NCBI GenBank assembly: GCA_023379265.1
Contig: JAMCUI010000011.1
Location: 4,030-68,029 of the forward strand
Source: Patescibacteria group bacterium
GTDB lineage: Bacteria; Patescibacteriota; Microgenomatia; 2-02-FULL-39-11
Direction of reading: 5' to 3'
Length of the DNA: 64,000 nucleotides
A program made the translations under genes and the position numbers. The notes beneath the pieces are model-generated. The model saw nothing but the letters and a program-made list of their open reading frames with translations. It searched no databases and was not told where the DNA came from. Within the stretch, counting starts at the first letter, position 1, and each line of letters begins with the position of its first letter. Positions 1 to 9,549 of the stretch are shown piece after piece.

Positions 1-1202
1 ATATCTGGAGGTGAAGGGCGGTCTGGATTTAAGAATCTTTCAAATGGCAGATTATGCTTTATGGGATCAAGATCAGTAATACCCATGCTATATGCCACTA
101 GACTACCTGCAGCTGAACCACGGCCAGGCCCTACTGCAATTTTTTTTCCTTTTGCCCAGTTGACAAAATCCGCTACTATAAGAAAATAAGTTGAATAACC
201 TTTCTGGGAGATAATATTCAACTCGTAATCAAGCCTCTTTTTCAAATCATCGGTCACCTGACTGACTCTCCCTTTTAATCTTTCTTCAGCTAATTGGGCC
301 AGGTAAATATCAGGTGTCGTATCGGGGGGAACCTCAAACTGAGGTAAAATAAACTTTCCCAACTCAATCTCCACATTGCAACGCCGGGCAATTTTTATGG
401 TGTTTTCTATCGCTTCAGGATATTGTATAAAAAGTCCTTTCATCTCTTCCTGGCTGCGCATATAAAAATCCGGGGAAGAAATCATCGAAAGGGGTCTTCT
501 GGATTCCAAAATCGTATGCTGGGTTTGAACACAGAGAAGAATTTCTTGCGCTTCCGCATCATCCTTTCCGACATAGTGGATATCATTGGTTGCAACAATG
601 GGCAATCCCAGCTTTCTTGAAAGATCTACCAATTTTTTATTTGTCTCCTCCTGAATAGGGATTTTAGGATGATTCTGCAATTCCAGAAAAAATCTTCCTT
701 CCGGAAATATCTCCATAAATTCCCTTGCTTTTTTTTCAGCCTGCTCCACCTGGTTTGTAGCAAGAAGATGAGGGACCTCACCGTTGAGGCAACCGGAAAG
801 ACATATCAATCCTTCACTATGATCACGGAGAATCTGCAAATCAATCCTTGGTTTGTAATAATACCCTTCAAGGTTCGCGTGGGTGACCAGCTTCATCAAA
901 TTCTGATAACCTGTATTATTCTCAGCCAGAAGAATAAGGTGATATTGATCACTGTCCAAACCCTGCTGTTTATCAAAACGGCTTCTTGCTGCCTGGTAAG
1001 CCTCCACACCAATAATTGGTTTTATTCCTGCCTCACGCGCCTTGAGAAAAAACTTTACCGCTCCATACATGGCACCATGGTCGGTAATTGCCAGTGAATC
1101 CATTCCCAATTGCTTGGCGCGGTTTACTAAATCAGAAATCTTCCCCAATCCATCCAGTAGTGAATATTCAGAATGAGTATGAAGATGTACAAAATCAGAC
1201 AT
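1..1202 (-). CDS. dnaE: DNA polymerase III alpha subunit, N-terminal PHP domain (5' part of gene; runs off the window edge)
   Basis: The reverse-strand translation from the ATG at 1202 reads [52 protein letters not shown]...[11 protein letters not shown]...[10 protein letters not shown], a classic PHP-domain N-terminus of DnaE. The open frame continues to position 1. It is not in the ORF track because it runs off the edge. Confidence 0.8.
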   Translation of the reverse strand, partial: MSDFVHLHTHSEYSLLDGLGKISDLVNRAKQLGMDSLAITDHGAMYGAVKFFLKAREAGIKPIIGVEAYQAARSRFDKQQGLDSDQYHLILLAENNTGYQNLMKLVTHANLEGYYYKPRIDLQILRDHSEGLICLSGCLNGEVPHLLATNQVEQAEKKAREFMEIFPEGRFFLELQNHPKIPIQEETNKKLVDLSRKLGLPIVATNDIHYVGKDDAEAQEILLCVQTQHTILESRRPLSMISSPDFYMRSQEEMKGLFIQYPEAIENTIKIARRCNVEIELGKFILPQFEVPPDTTPDIYLAQLAEERLKGRVSQVTDDLKKRLDYELNIISQKGYSTYFLIVADFVNWAKGKKIAVGPGRGSAAGSLVAYSMGITDLDPIKHNLPFERFLNPDRPSPPD

Positions 1203-1207
1203 AAAAT

Positions 1208-2269
1208 CTAAATCTTGGTTCCACCAATACCGTACTCCAGATTATAACTTCTGCCACCTCTTCTCTTAACAGCATACACTAATTCATCAGTTCTATCATT
1301 ATATTGACGAAAACTCTGCAAATGGTTTCTATCAACAAAAATTCCTCCCGTGCTTACTCCAAGACTAACAAAAGTTTTATCAATTAATTCGATCACTTCA
1401 CTCTCCTGAATTCTCCTTAAATGTCGATCTCTGTCATCTAGTTGCGCCCAAGTTCTCTCATCATTTAAGTAGATATCATAGTGTGTCACATCAATCTCTC
1501 TTAACATTTGTAAAAAATCTTTTATGCGCTTTCTATTACCCCTGCCACTATGCATAAAATGATCTGCTCTTCCATCTTCGTTATTACGTAGATTTTTGAA
1601 CCCTGTCAAAAATTGTTTCAATATCATGGTTCCCTCTTTTTCTTCCTGGCCTTTTTCATTCGTAACCGATCTATCTGAAGCCTGTATTAATTGTAGAGTT
1701 GAAAAGAGCGCGTGTTGATTTAAGGATTTATGCAATCTTAAGGCTACAGACTTAAACGCTTCGCCATCAATGGGGTCTCTTAATAAAACTGCAAACTCGT
1801 CACCTCCAATTCTGATACCTACATCTTTATTCCCTTTAATGCTATCCCGAATAATTCTTCCCACCTGAGCAAGATATAAATCTCCGATCATATGTGCCTC
1901 TAAATTATCATTCAGCCAGCTAAAATTATCCAAATCAAATCTTAAAATTCCTAAGGTTTTTAATTCTCCTGCTTTTAATTTTGCCAGGTCATCATTGATA
2001 AATATTTCAAAAGATTTTTTTTGATGGAGTTTAGTCAAATAATCAAACGTATTTTTTTCTTCTTCTCGAACTGTCTTTGCCGCTTGGAGTATAAGGGCTT
2101 CATCGACACCATATTTTCTGAAAAATGGTTTAGATTTATCTGACTTTTGGTTTTCTTTTAATTGTTGAATCGTGTTGAAAACTTCATGAGCAACCAGCGG
2201 ATTTTTAATTTTTCCCTTGTTTGGGCCGGATCTTAAGTATGGGTTCGGATAACCTTCAAATTCAGGCAT
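1208..2269 (-). CDS. GGDEF-domain protein (putative diguanylate cyclase) with an uncharacterised ~150 aa C-terminal region
   Basis: An intact [11 protein letters not shown] active-site motif is preceded by [16 protein letters not shown] (GGDEF fold). The C-terminal 150 aa has no recognisable motif. Confidence 0.65.
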   Translation of the reverse strand: MPEFEGYPNPYLRSGPNKGKIKNPLVAHEVFNTIQQLKENQKSDKSKPFFRKYGVDEALILQAAKTVREEEKNTFDYLTKLHQKKSFEIFINDDLAKLKAGELKTLGILRFDLDNFSWLNDNLEAHMIGDLYLAQVGRIIRDSIKGNKDVGIRIGGDEFAVLLRDPIDGEAFKSVALRLHKSLNQHALFSTLQLIQASDRSVTNEKGQEEKEGTMILKQFLTGFKNLRNNEDGRADHFMHSGRGNRKRIKDFLQMLREIDVTHYDIYLNDERTWAQLDDRDRHLRRIQESEVIELIDKTFVSLGVSTGGIFVDRNHLQSFRQYNDRTDELVYAVKRRGGRSYNLEYGIGGTKI

Positions 2270-2298
2270 AGCTTGAGGTATTTCAGAAACTGATTAAC

Positions 2299-3651
2299 TT
2301 ATATCAAGTCCCGAAGTAATAAACCAGCTTTCTCAATATTTACTTTTCCTTTTGTTTCCTTCATTACTTGTCCCACCAGAAACATCAGCGCATTTTTCCT
2401 GCCTGCCTTATAATCGGCAACTGCCTTCGGGTTTGCGCCAAGAACTTTCTTAACGATCTGCCCCAACTCATCATCTGACATGGTCGCTTTTTGCGACTTT
2501 TGGGATATTTGCTTAATCAATTCTTCTGAAGAAACTTTGGAAATATCCGCTTTCCTGTTTATGATCCAATTCGCAATTGTTTTTGCTGTTATCTGTCCTT
2601 TGTTCTTTGTAACCTGTTTCATTACATTCTCAAAATATTCCGCCGTCTCTTTCTCATCAGTCAGGACAACAGCATCATATTCTGAAAGTGAATAATCTCC
2701 CATAAATCTGGCAATTTTTTGATCGGGAAGCTCACAGATTTGAGATTTGAGATTTGAGATTTGAGATTTTGTCCATCTTACAGGAGGGATATCCGGTTCA
2801 GGGAAATACCTGTAATCCTGCGCCTCTTCCTTACTTCTTTGACTGTAAGTTACTCCTTTCTTTTCCTCCCATCCGCGAGTTTCCTGTTTGGGCACGATTC
2901 CATCCGAAAGTAACTCTATGTGTCTATTTATCTCAAAATCTATTGCCTTCTTGGCAAAATTAAAGGAATTAATATTCTTCACCTCTACCTTATATGGAGG
3001 TAAATTTCCGTCAGTTTTGAGTTTCACTGATATATTCGGTTCCAATCTCATACTTCCTTTTTCCATGTCCGCATCCGATATCCCCAGATACCTGACGACA
3101 TGATGCAGCTTTTTCAAGAAAATTCTGGCTTCTTCACTTGTCCTGATGTCAGGTTCCGTAACAATCTCCACCAGTGGCACCCCACTCCGGTTGAAATCAA
3201 TGAGTGAAACTTTCTTCCCCTCCACTGTGGCATGAAGAAGTTTTCCGGTATCCTCTTCCATATGTACCCGTCTGATTCTAATTATTTTCTCTCTTTGTTC
3301 TTTATTATTGGTTCCCTGTTCTTTAATTTTTAGTTTTCCATTGACGCAAAACGGTTGGTCATACTGGCTTATCTGATAGCCTTTCGGCAGATCAGGATAA
3401 AAATAATTCTTCCTGTCAAACTTGCTGAATTCCGGTATAGTACATCCTAAAGCCATCCCCAACATGACACACCATTCGACTGCCTTCCTGTTTGGTACCG
3501 GAAGTGCCCCGGGAAGACCCAAACACACCGGGCAGCAATGCGTATTTGGGTCATGGCCGAAATAGTCGGCAGAACACCCGCAGAACATTTTAGATCCGGT
3601 TTTTAATTCTACATGGATCTCAAGACCGATAACTGGCTCAAAATCAGGCAT
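2299..3651 (-). CDS. gatB: Asp/Glu-tRNA(Asn/Gln) amidotransferase subunit B
   Basis: The N-terminus MPDFEPVIGLEIHVELKTGSKMFCGCS...HCCPVCLGLPGALP is a canonical GatB. It is 450 aa. Confidence 0.9.
   Translation of the reverse strand: MPDFEPVIGLEIHVELKTGSKMFCGCSADYFGHDPNTHCCPVCLGLPGALPVPNRKAVEWCVMLGMALGCTIPEFSKFDRKNYFYPDLPKGYQISQYDQPFCVNGKLKIKEQGTNNKEQREKIIRIRRVHMEEDTGKLLHATVEGKKVSLIDFNRSGVPLVEIVTEPDIRTSEEARIFLKKLHHVVRYLGISDADMEKGSMRLEPNISVKLKTDGNLPPYKVEVKNINSFNFAKKAIDFEINRHIELLSDGIVPKQETRGWEEKKGVTYSQRSKEEAQDYRYFPEPDIPPVRWTKSQISNLKSQICELPDQKIARFMGDYSLSEYDAVVLTDEKETAEYFENVMKQVTKNKGQITAKTIANWIINRKADISKVSSEELIKQISQKSQKATMSDDELGQIVKKVLGANPKAVADYKAGRKNALMFLVGQVMKETKGKVNIEKAGLLLRDLI
2736..2770. repeat. 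Heptanucleotide tandem repeat (agatttg x ~5) inside the gatB coding sequence
   Basis: The plus-strand run agatttgagatttgagatttgagatttgagatttt encodes KSQISNLKSQI in GatB. Confidence 0.8.
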
Positions 3652-3655
3652 ACTT

Positions 3656-4645
3656 TCAATTTGATATAGTTACTTCTCCTGCTATATTTGTATTGAATAA
3701 CTTTCTAATTTTATTTACCGCTTTGTAATTGGCCAAACCCCACATTAATTTTGTTGATGCAGCCTCAAGAGTCATATCCCTTCCCGGAATCGCCCCCACG
3801 TTAAGAGCGTTTTGACCAACCTCGTACAACTGCATTTGCGTCGATCCTTTGTAACACTGGCTTATGATTACCACAGGGAGATCTTTCTGATTTGCTCTTC
3901 CTATTAAAGAAATAAAATTATCAGGTATATTACCGGATCCAAATGATTTTAGGATAACTCCTTTACATTGGCTCTCTATTATTTCATCTAAATACTTTGG
4001 ACGAAATCCGGGGAAAAGATCAAATATGACTATGTCAGGTTCAAACTTTGGCTTCAATTTCAATTTTTGCGATCTGGTTTTCTTTTCCTTTATAAACAGT
4101 TTCGGCTCAAGAGCAATTTCTCCCAATGGTAACCTCATGACGCTATCAAATGCATCCAGACTTGATTCGCTTATTTTTGTCGCCCTATTTCCTTTCAGTA
4201 TTTTTGTTCCGAATACGATATAAATATCCGGAATGCCATAATTGATTACTAAGACAGCGTTGATTAAGTTGTTTATCCCATCCGTCCCTATATCATCCAT
4301 CGGTTTTTGCCCGCCTGTAAGAACAACAGGTTTCCCCAGATTTAACAATGCAAAGGATAATGCGGAAGCGGTATAAGCCATCGTATCGGTACCATGAATG
4401 ATGATAAATCCCTCGTACTTGGAAATATTATCAGCAATTTTAATTGCAATTTCTGTCCATATTTCAGGTTGGAAATTAGAACTGTCTATATTTACTATAT
4501 TTTCTATATCAATTGCGGCAATTTCCGACAGATGAGGAACCCTTTTTATGAGATCTTTACTCTCGTAATAGGGAGACAGATTACCACGGTTATCTCTTTT
4601 CATCGCCAACGTACCGCCGCAAAAAAGTATCAAGATTTTCTTCAC
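3656..4645 (-). CDS. Type I L-asparaginase family protein (AnsA/GatD-like) embedded in the gatCAB operon
   Basis: It carries the asparaginase signatures CGGTLAMK (TGGTIA motif) and IIIHGTDTMAYTASAL (HGTDTM motif). It is 329 aa and sits between gatA and gatB with 3-4 bp spacing. Confidence 0.75.
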   Translation of the reverse strand: MKKILILFCGGTLAMKRDNRGNLSPYYESKDLIKRVPHLSEIAAIDIENIVNIDSSNFQPEIWTEIAIKIADNISKYEGFIIIHGTDTMAYTASALSFALLNLGKPVVLTGGQKPMDDIGTDGINNLINAVLVINYGIPDIYIVFGTKILKGNRATKISESSLDAFDSVMRLPLGEIALEPKLFIKEKKTRSQKLKLKPKFEPDIVIFDLFPGFRPKYLDEIIESQCKGVILKSFGSGNIPDNFISLIGRANQKDLPVVIISQCYKGSTQMQLYEVGQNALNVGAIPGRDMTLEAASTKLMWGLANYKAVNKIRKLFNTNIAGEVTISN

Positions 4646-6042
4646 AGATTAGATTTTTTATGCCAATCCGTAACTTTTTGGTAAAAATAACCTAGTTTTA
4701 ACAAAAGCGGTTCGGAAAACATATTACCCAGTAGCTGCATCCCGACAGGCAAATTGCTTTTTGTAAAACCAACCGGGACAGCCAGAGAAGGGATGCCAAC
4801 GGGCGTCTGACAGGTAAATATATCCGCCAGCATGTTTTTTACCGGATCTCCTATCAATTCTCCGAGTTTTGTAGCGGGCATCGGTTCAATCGGCATTAAT
4901 ATCGCGTCACATTGTGTAAAAGCTTTGGCATATTCCTTTATGAAAAGTGTCCTTCCCTGCTGGGCCTTTTTATAATAAGCGTCATAATAACCGGCCGACA
5001 GGGCATAAGTTCCCAGCATAATCCTTCTCATGGTCTCACTTGTAAATTTATTTCTTCCATTACCATATCTTATACCGTCATATCGAGCTAGATTGGAACT
5101 GGTTTCGGACGTACCAATAAGATAGTATACTGGTACACCGTATTCCAACATGGGCATGGAGATTTCCTTTATTTCTACTCCCAACTTTGCGTACTGCTCT
5201 GCCGCTTTATATATGAGCGATTTAATCTCATTATCGACACCTTCTCCATAACATTCCTTAGGCATGCCAATAGTCATACCTTTTATATCCCCGTTTAATC
5301 TGCTCCCGTAGTCAGGAACTTCTTCAGGAGAACTGGTAGCATCCAACGGATCTTTTCCGGCTGTAACCTGCAGTATTATCGCGCAATCCTCCGCTGTCCT
5401 GGCCATCGGTCCCACAGTATCAAAGGAAGATACATAAGCGATGCATCCGTACCTTGAGACACGCCCGTACGTCACTTTAAGACCGGTAATATTACACCAT
5501 CCCGAAGGGTTGCGGATTGATCCACCAGTATCTTCACCAATACCAAATACCGCCATTCTTGCGGCAATTGCCGCTGCATTTCCGCCACTTGAACCACCGG
5601 CCACCCGTGAGTTATCCCACGGGTTTCTGACGGGACCAAAATCCGTATTTTCCGAAGAAGCACCGTGTCCCCATGCGTCCATATTTGTTTTGCCAATAAG
5701 AATTGCTCCCGCGTCTAAAAGCTTCTGGTAAACGGTAGCGTTGTATGGCGGGATATATGTCTCTAATACTTTTGAGGAAGCAGTGGTACGTATGCCTTTA
5801 GTGTTATATGAATCCTTTATTACAAAAGGTAGTCCGTAAAGTAAAGAATTGACTGGAGTTTTTTTATCTTTTTCTCTTGCCTCTTTTATGACCTCATCCT
5901 TATCCCTTAAAGTTACAAAAACATTAAGCACAGGATTTAGTTTCTCAATATTCTCATAACATTCGCGCACAAGATCTTCGCTGGAAAACTTTTTTTCCTT
6001 CAAACCCGATGCCAGCTCTTTAATACTTTTTTCTAAAAGCAT
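4642..6042 (-). CDS. gatA: Glu-tRNA(Gln)/Asp-tRNA(Asn) amidotransferase subunit A (amidase signature family)
   Basis: The protein carries the amidase signature GGSSGGNAAAIAA and GatA-like flanks. I trimmed the start to the M at 6042 (MLLEKSIKELASGL) so the gene abuts the gatC stop rather than overlapping it by 56 nt. Confidence 0.88.
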   Translation of the reverse strand: MLLEKSIKELASGLKEKKFSSEDLVRECYENIEKLNPVLNVFVTLRDKDEVIKEAREKDKKTPVNSLLYGLPFVIKDSYNTKGIRTTASSKVLETYIPPYNATVYQKLLDAGAILIGKTNMDAWGHGASSENTDFGPVRNPWDNSRVAGGSSGGNAAAIAARMAVFGIGEDTGGSIRNPSGWCNITGLKVTYGRVSRYGCIAYVSSFDTVGPMARTAEDCAIILQVTAGKDPLDATSSPEEVPDYGSRLNGDIKGMTIGMPKECYGEGVDNEIKSLIYKAAEQYAKLGVEIKEISMPMLEYGVPVYYLIGTSETSSNLARYDGIRYGNGRNKFTSETMRRIMLGTYALSAGYYDAYYKKAQQGRTLFIKEYAKAFTQCDAILMPIEPMPATKLGELIGDPVKNMLADIFTCQTPVGIPSLAVPVGFTKSNLPVGMQLLGNMFSEPLLLKLGYFYQKVTDWHKKSNL

Positions 6043-6043
6043 A

Positions 6044-6349
6044 CTAATCCTCAAAAATTGCGTCCACCACAAAATAACCTTTATGTTTTCGGGGAGCATT
6101 TCTTAGCACTTCATCCTGCGGCAATGAGACGCCGGCTTCGTCTTCACGCATGACGTTCTCCATGCCGGTCACCTGGCTTGTCGGCTCAACATTTGTAGTT
6201 TCCACTTTGGAAACCTGTTCCACCAGGTGGAGAATGGATGACAGTTGATCCTGAAAACTCTTTAACTCTCCCGCAGACAGATCCAGTTTTGCCAATGTCG
6301 CGACATGTTTAACTATGTCTGTGGTTAAAATATTTTTTCCTTTTGGCAT
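6044..6349 (-). CDS. gatC: Amidotransferase subunit C
   Basis: It is a ~100 aa protein directly upstream of gatA. ...LSAGELKSFQDQLSSILHLVEQV... matches the GatC fold/length. Confidence 0.75.
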   Translation of the reverse strand: MPKGKNILTTDIVKHVATLAKLDLSAGELKSFQDQLSSILHLVEQVSKVETTNVEPTSQVTGMENVMREDEAGVSLPQDEVLRNAPRKHKGYFVVDAIFED

Positions 6350-6450
6350 ATGCTAATTTTATCTTTTTAGATTACCTATTGCCAGTAGATCATTAAGGCC
6401 AGACTCTTTTTCCCGTCTGACCTTAATATTTGACCTGCCTGAAATTTATG

Positions 6451-7797
6451 TTACAAATTCACCAGATATCTGTCTATTTCCCAATCAGTGACAAAAGTCC
6501 TGAAGGCATCCCATTCCTCTTTCTTTGCCTCCAGATATCTTCTCCAGGTATATTCACCAAATGTCTCTTTTACCAGCCTGCCTTTTCTTATTTCCTCCAT
6601 TGCTTCATCAAGTGACGCCGGCAGCTTGGTAATATAATACTTAGCCAGTTTTTCATCATCAAATTCAAAGAGGTTTTCCTCAACCGGCCCCGGAGCTTTC
6701 ATACCTTTCTTTATACCCTCCAAACCAGCCTTGAGTAAAACAGCCAATGTCAAATAAGGATTGCTTGAAGGATCAGGACACCTTATTTCAAGGCGTGTCG
6801 CCTTATCCTCAAGCCCCTTGGAAACTCTGGGTACCCTTATCAACGCCGATCTGTTGATCCGTGCCCAACAGGCATAGACTGGAGCTTCAAATCCTGGTGT
6901 TAACCTCTTATACGAATTCACCGTCGGGGCAAAAACACCGGTTATCTCTCTTACGTGAGCCAGCTGCCCGGCCAGATATTGATATGCCACACGGGAAAGC
7001 CCGTATTTATCTGTCCTGTCATAAAAGACATTTTTACCGTTTTTCCACAAACTCTGGTGTGTATGCATCCCGCTGCCGTTTATGCCGTAGAAAGGCTTGG
7101 GCATAAATGTGACATGGAAATTATGCCTGAAGGCAATAAATTTTGCCGCCATTTTGAGTGTAACTGTATTATCAGCAGTTCTCAGAGCCCGGTCATAGCG
7201 GATGTCTATCTCATGCTGGTTATCGGCAACCTCATGCGTACTGGTTTCAGTAGCAATCCCCATACTGTCTAAAGCCTCCATAATTTCCCTTTTTATGGTG
7301 TAAGTCTCGTCCATGATGAGGTTAAAATAAAATCCGTTTCCCTGCGATACACGCATAATCTTTCCCTCATCATCTTTTGGGAAAAGGAAAAATTCACATT
7401 CCGGTCCGGCAAAATACTCATACCCCATCGATTTGGCCTCAACCAACACTCTTTTGAGTATATTCCGGGGATCCCCTTCAAAAGGCTCGTGATTAGGCTT
7501 GAATACGTCGCATATAAGTCTTGCTACGCGGCCTGATTCTACATTGTTTCTCCATGGTAAAAGGGAATAAGTTGCAGGATCGGGCATCAGAAACATATCT
7601 GACTCATGTATTCTGGCAAAGCCTTCAATTGATGACCCGTCTATCCAGACTCCTTTTTCCAAAGCTCCCTCAAGGTTATAGGCAGGAATAGTTGAACTTT
7701 TGATATTTCCCAGGAAATCTGAAAATTGCAGATCAATAAATGAAACTTTATCCCTTTTTGCTTTCGCAAGAATTTCCTTCGTAACATCTTTTGGCAT
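6451..7797 (-). CDS. glnA: Glutamine synthetase type I
   Basis: MPKDVTKEILAKAKRDKVSFIDLQFSDFLG aligns with GSI N-termini. The length of about 450 aa fits GSI. I trimmed the start from the ORF-track M at 7821 to the M at 7797. Confidence 0.88.
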   Translation of the reverse strand: MPKDVTKEILAKAKRDKVSFIDLQFSDFLGNIKSSTIPAYNLEGALEKGVWIDGSSIEGFARIHESDMFLMPDPATYSLLPWRNNVESGRVARLICDVFKPNHEPFEGDPRNILKRVLVEAKSMGYEYFAGPECEFFLFPKDDEGKIMRVSQGNGFYFNLIMDETYTIKREIMEALDSMGIATETSTHEVADNQHEIDIRYDRALRTADNTVTLKMAAKFIAFRHNFHVTFMPKPFYGINGSGMHTHQSLWKNGKNVFYDRTDKYGLSRVAYQYLAGQLAHVREITGVFAPTVNSYKRLTPGFEAPVYACWARINRSALIRVPRVSKGLEDKATRLEIRCPDPSSNPYLTLAVLLKAGLEGIKKGMKAPGPVEENLFEFDDEKLAKYYITKLPASLDEAMEEIRKGRLVKETFGEYTWRRYLEAKKEEWDAFRTFVTDWEIDRYLVNL

Positions 7798-7976
7798 ATA
7801 AATCCCTTTCAAATTGAACATTTATAAAATAGGTCAAAAAAACTTACATTGTTTTCTATTTCCCTATAAAAAATCTCCCGTTCCTTTAGTTCACTCTCGG
7901 ATTGGGAGACTTCAGCGTCTCATCCACATCATTGTGGAAATATGATATGTATACTAATTTACAAAATACCGCTTTG

Positions 7977-8693
7977 TCAAGACTCAAATTTCATTCTGTC
8001 AGCCAAAATTACAGCTTCGGCAATTTCTTTAAGAGACTTCCTGCTATTCATGCTTTCCTTCTGAATTAACTTATACGCCGCCTCTTCGCTCAAATTCCTC
8101 CTTTTCATCAGTATCCCTTTTGCTTTTTCTATTAACTTTCGCAGCTCCAGCGCTTCCCTCAACGACAATGTTTCCTCTATGAGTAGCGCATTCTCCAGCG
8201 CTCCTCCCACCAGTTTGCCGATTGCCGCAAGAAGGTTTATTTCCATCTTGGTATATTTATGCTTTTTCCTGTACTGTATATTTATCACTCCAGCTACACC
8301 GTGCCGATTCAGAATTGGTACCGACAAAAACCCTTCAAACCTGTCCTCAGGCAGGGAATTAATGGTCTTAAAGCGGATATCTTTATAAGCCCCATCCTTA
8401 AGCATTACAGTCTCTTTCTCTTTGGCCACCCAACCCGTAATGCCTTCTCCCAACTTTAAGGATACTCTTTGTAATAGCGCCGGGTGGGGATTTTTGGAAG
8501 CGCGCAGGGTTAAAATTTGCTTTTGAGAATCATAAGTGTATATGAGACATGAATCTCCTGCTGTCACTTCAAGAGCAATTTTCAATATTTCGCGGAACAG
8601 TTCTTCTATTTCAAGACTGTGCACGCTTTGGGCGATGCGGTATAAAAAGTCCAATTCACGTTTTAGTTCTGAATACTTCGTTTTAATCATCAT
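7977..8693 (-). CDS. GAF-ANTAR domain RNA-binding antitermination regulator
   Basis: An N-terminal GAF-like region is followed by a C-terminal ANTAR helical motif (KAKGILMKRRNLSEEAAYKLIQKESMNSRKSLKEIAEAVI). Confidence 0.7.
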   Translation of the reverse strand: MMIKTKYSELKRELDFLYRIAQSVHSLEIEELFREILKIALEVTAGDSCLIYTYDSQKQILTLRASKNPHPALLQRVSLKLGEGITGWVAKEKETVMLKDGAYKDIRFKTINSLPEDRFEGFLSVPILNRHGVAGVINIQYRKKHKYTKMEINLLAAIGKLVGGALENALLIEETLSLREALELRKLIEKAKGILMKRRNLSEEAAYKLIQKESMNSRKSLKEIAEAVILADRMKFES

Positions 8694-8700
8694 TCGTTAA

Positions 8701-8745
8701 GTTCATAAAGTTCATAAAGTTCATAAAGTTTTTAAAGTTTGCATA
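8701..8745. repeat. 9-bp tandem repeat (gttcataaa x3 perfect plus 2 degenerate) in the promoter region of the GAF-ANTAR gene
   Basis: It reads gttcataaagttcataaagttcataaagtttttaaagtttgcata and starts 8 bp upstream of the ATG at 8693. Confidence 0.8.
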
Positions 8746-8763
8746 GTAATGGATACCTTAACT

Positions 8764-9549
8764 TTAGAAACTTTCTACTTTATAAACTTTTAACTTTTTT
8801 AATATGAAATCGTGCGCTTTCCACTCAAGCGTATCGTCTAGAGGCTCCAATTTTATCTCTTTTTTATACCTGATTTCAAGCGATTTGGATATAAGCCAGT
8901 CTGCAATATGGGGATTTTTGGGTAAAAAAGGACCATGGAAATAACAGGCAATCACATTTTTATATACCGCTCCTTCCGTTTTGTCTTCCCCATTATTTCC
9001 GTATCCCTTTATCACTTTGGCAAAAGGTTTGACATCCTTCCCTAAATATGTTCTGCCCCCGTGGTTTTCAAATCCCACTATGGTGTCTCTCAAATTTCCA
9101 ACTCGGAATTGCCAATCTCCGGTTAACCTGCCCACTGTATTCCCTATGCATCTTGGCTTATCATTACCGAAGTGTCTGGTGACGAAATCAAATATCCCCA
9201 ATCCTTCAAGTTCCTTGCCGTCTCCAGTCATATAATAATGTCCCAAAAGCTGGGGAGAACCGCATACAAACAGTCCGGGAACGCCCCTTTCAAACATTTC
9301 TTTGTAAATACTTACTTTTTGGTGCAAATCCGTAATAACTATAGACTGTTGCCTATCTTGCGCCCCGCCTCCCATGATAAGATCACATTTTGCAATCTCC
9401 GCTTCTCTTGTATCCCTATCTATATTAAATACATTTATATTTATCCTCCGCCACTGACAACGCCTCTTCAGGCAAATGATATTTCCCCGATCCCCATAAG
9501 TAGACATAAGGTCCGGATACAACCAACCTATTTTCAGTTGAAAGTTCAT
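8764..9549 (-). CDS. gatD: Lipid II isoglutaminyl synthase glutaminase subunit (CobB/CobQ-like GATase)
   Basis: It has a GATase fold with the nucleophile in PGLFVCGSPQLLG. It overlaps murT by 4 bp and has the size of S. aureus GatD. Confidence 0.65.
   Translation of the reverse strand: MNFQLKIGWLYPDLMSTYGDRGNIICLKRRCQWRRININVFNIDRDTREAEIAKCDLIMGGGAQDRQQSIVITDLHQKVSIYKEMFERGVPGLFVCGSPQLLGHYYMTGDGKELEGLGIFDFVTRHFGNDKPRCIGNTVGRLTGDWQFRVGNLRDTIVGFENHGGRTYLGKDVKPFAKVIKGYGNNGEDKTEGAVYKNVIACYFHGPFLPKNPHIADWLISKSLEIRYKKEIKLEPLDDTLEWKAHDFILKKLKVYKVESF

Noticed and set aside
423-1097. Plus-strand ORFs 423-620 and 669-1097 from the ORF track
   Set aside because: They lie antisense to the dnaE PHP-domain coding sequence, which has a clear homology signal on the minus strand. 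Their own products are low-complexity.
6350-6450. Imperfect palindrome aaggccagac...gtctgacctt between gatC and glnA
   Set aside because: The stem has a mismatch and no flanking U-run on the relevant strand. It is too weak to call a terminator.
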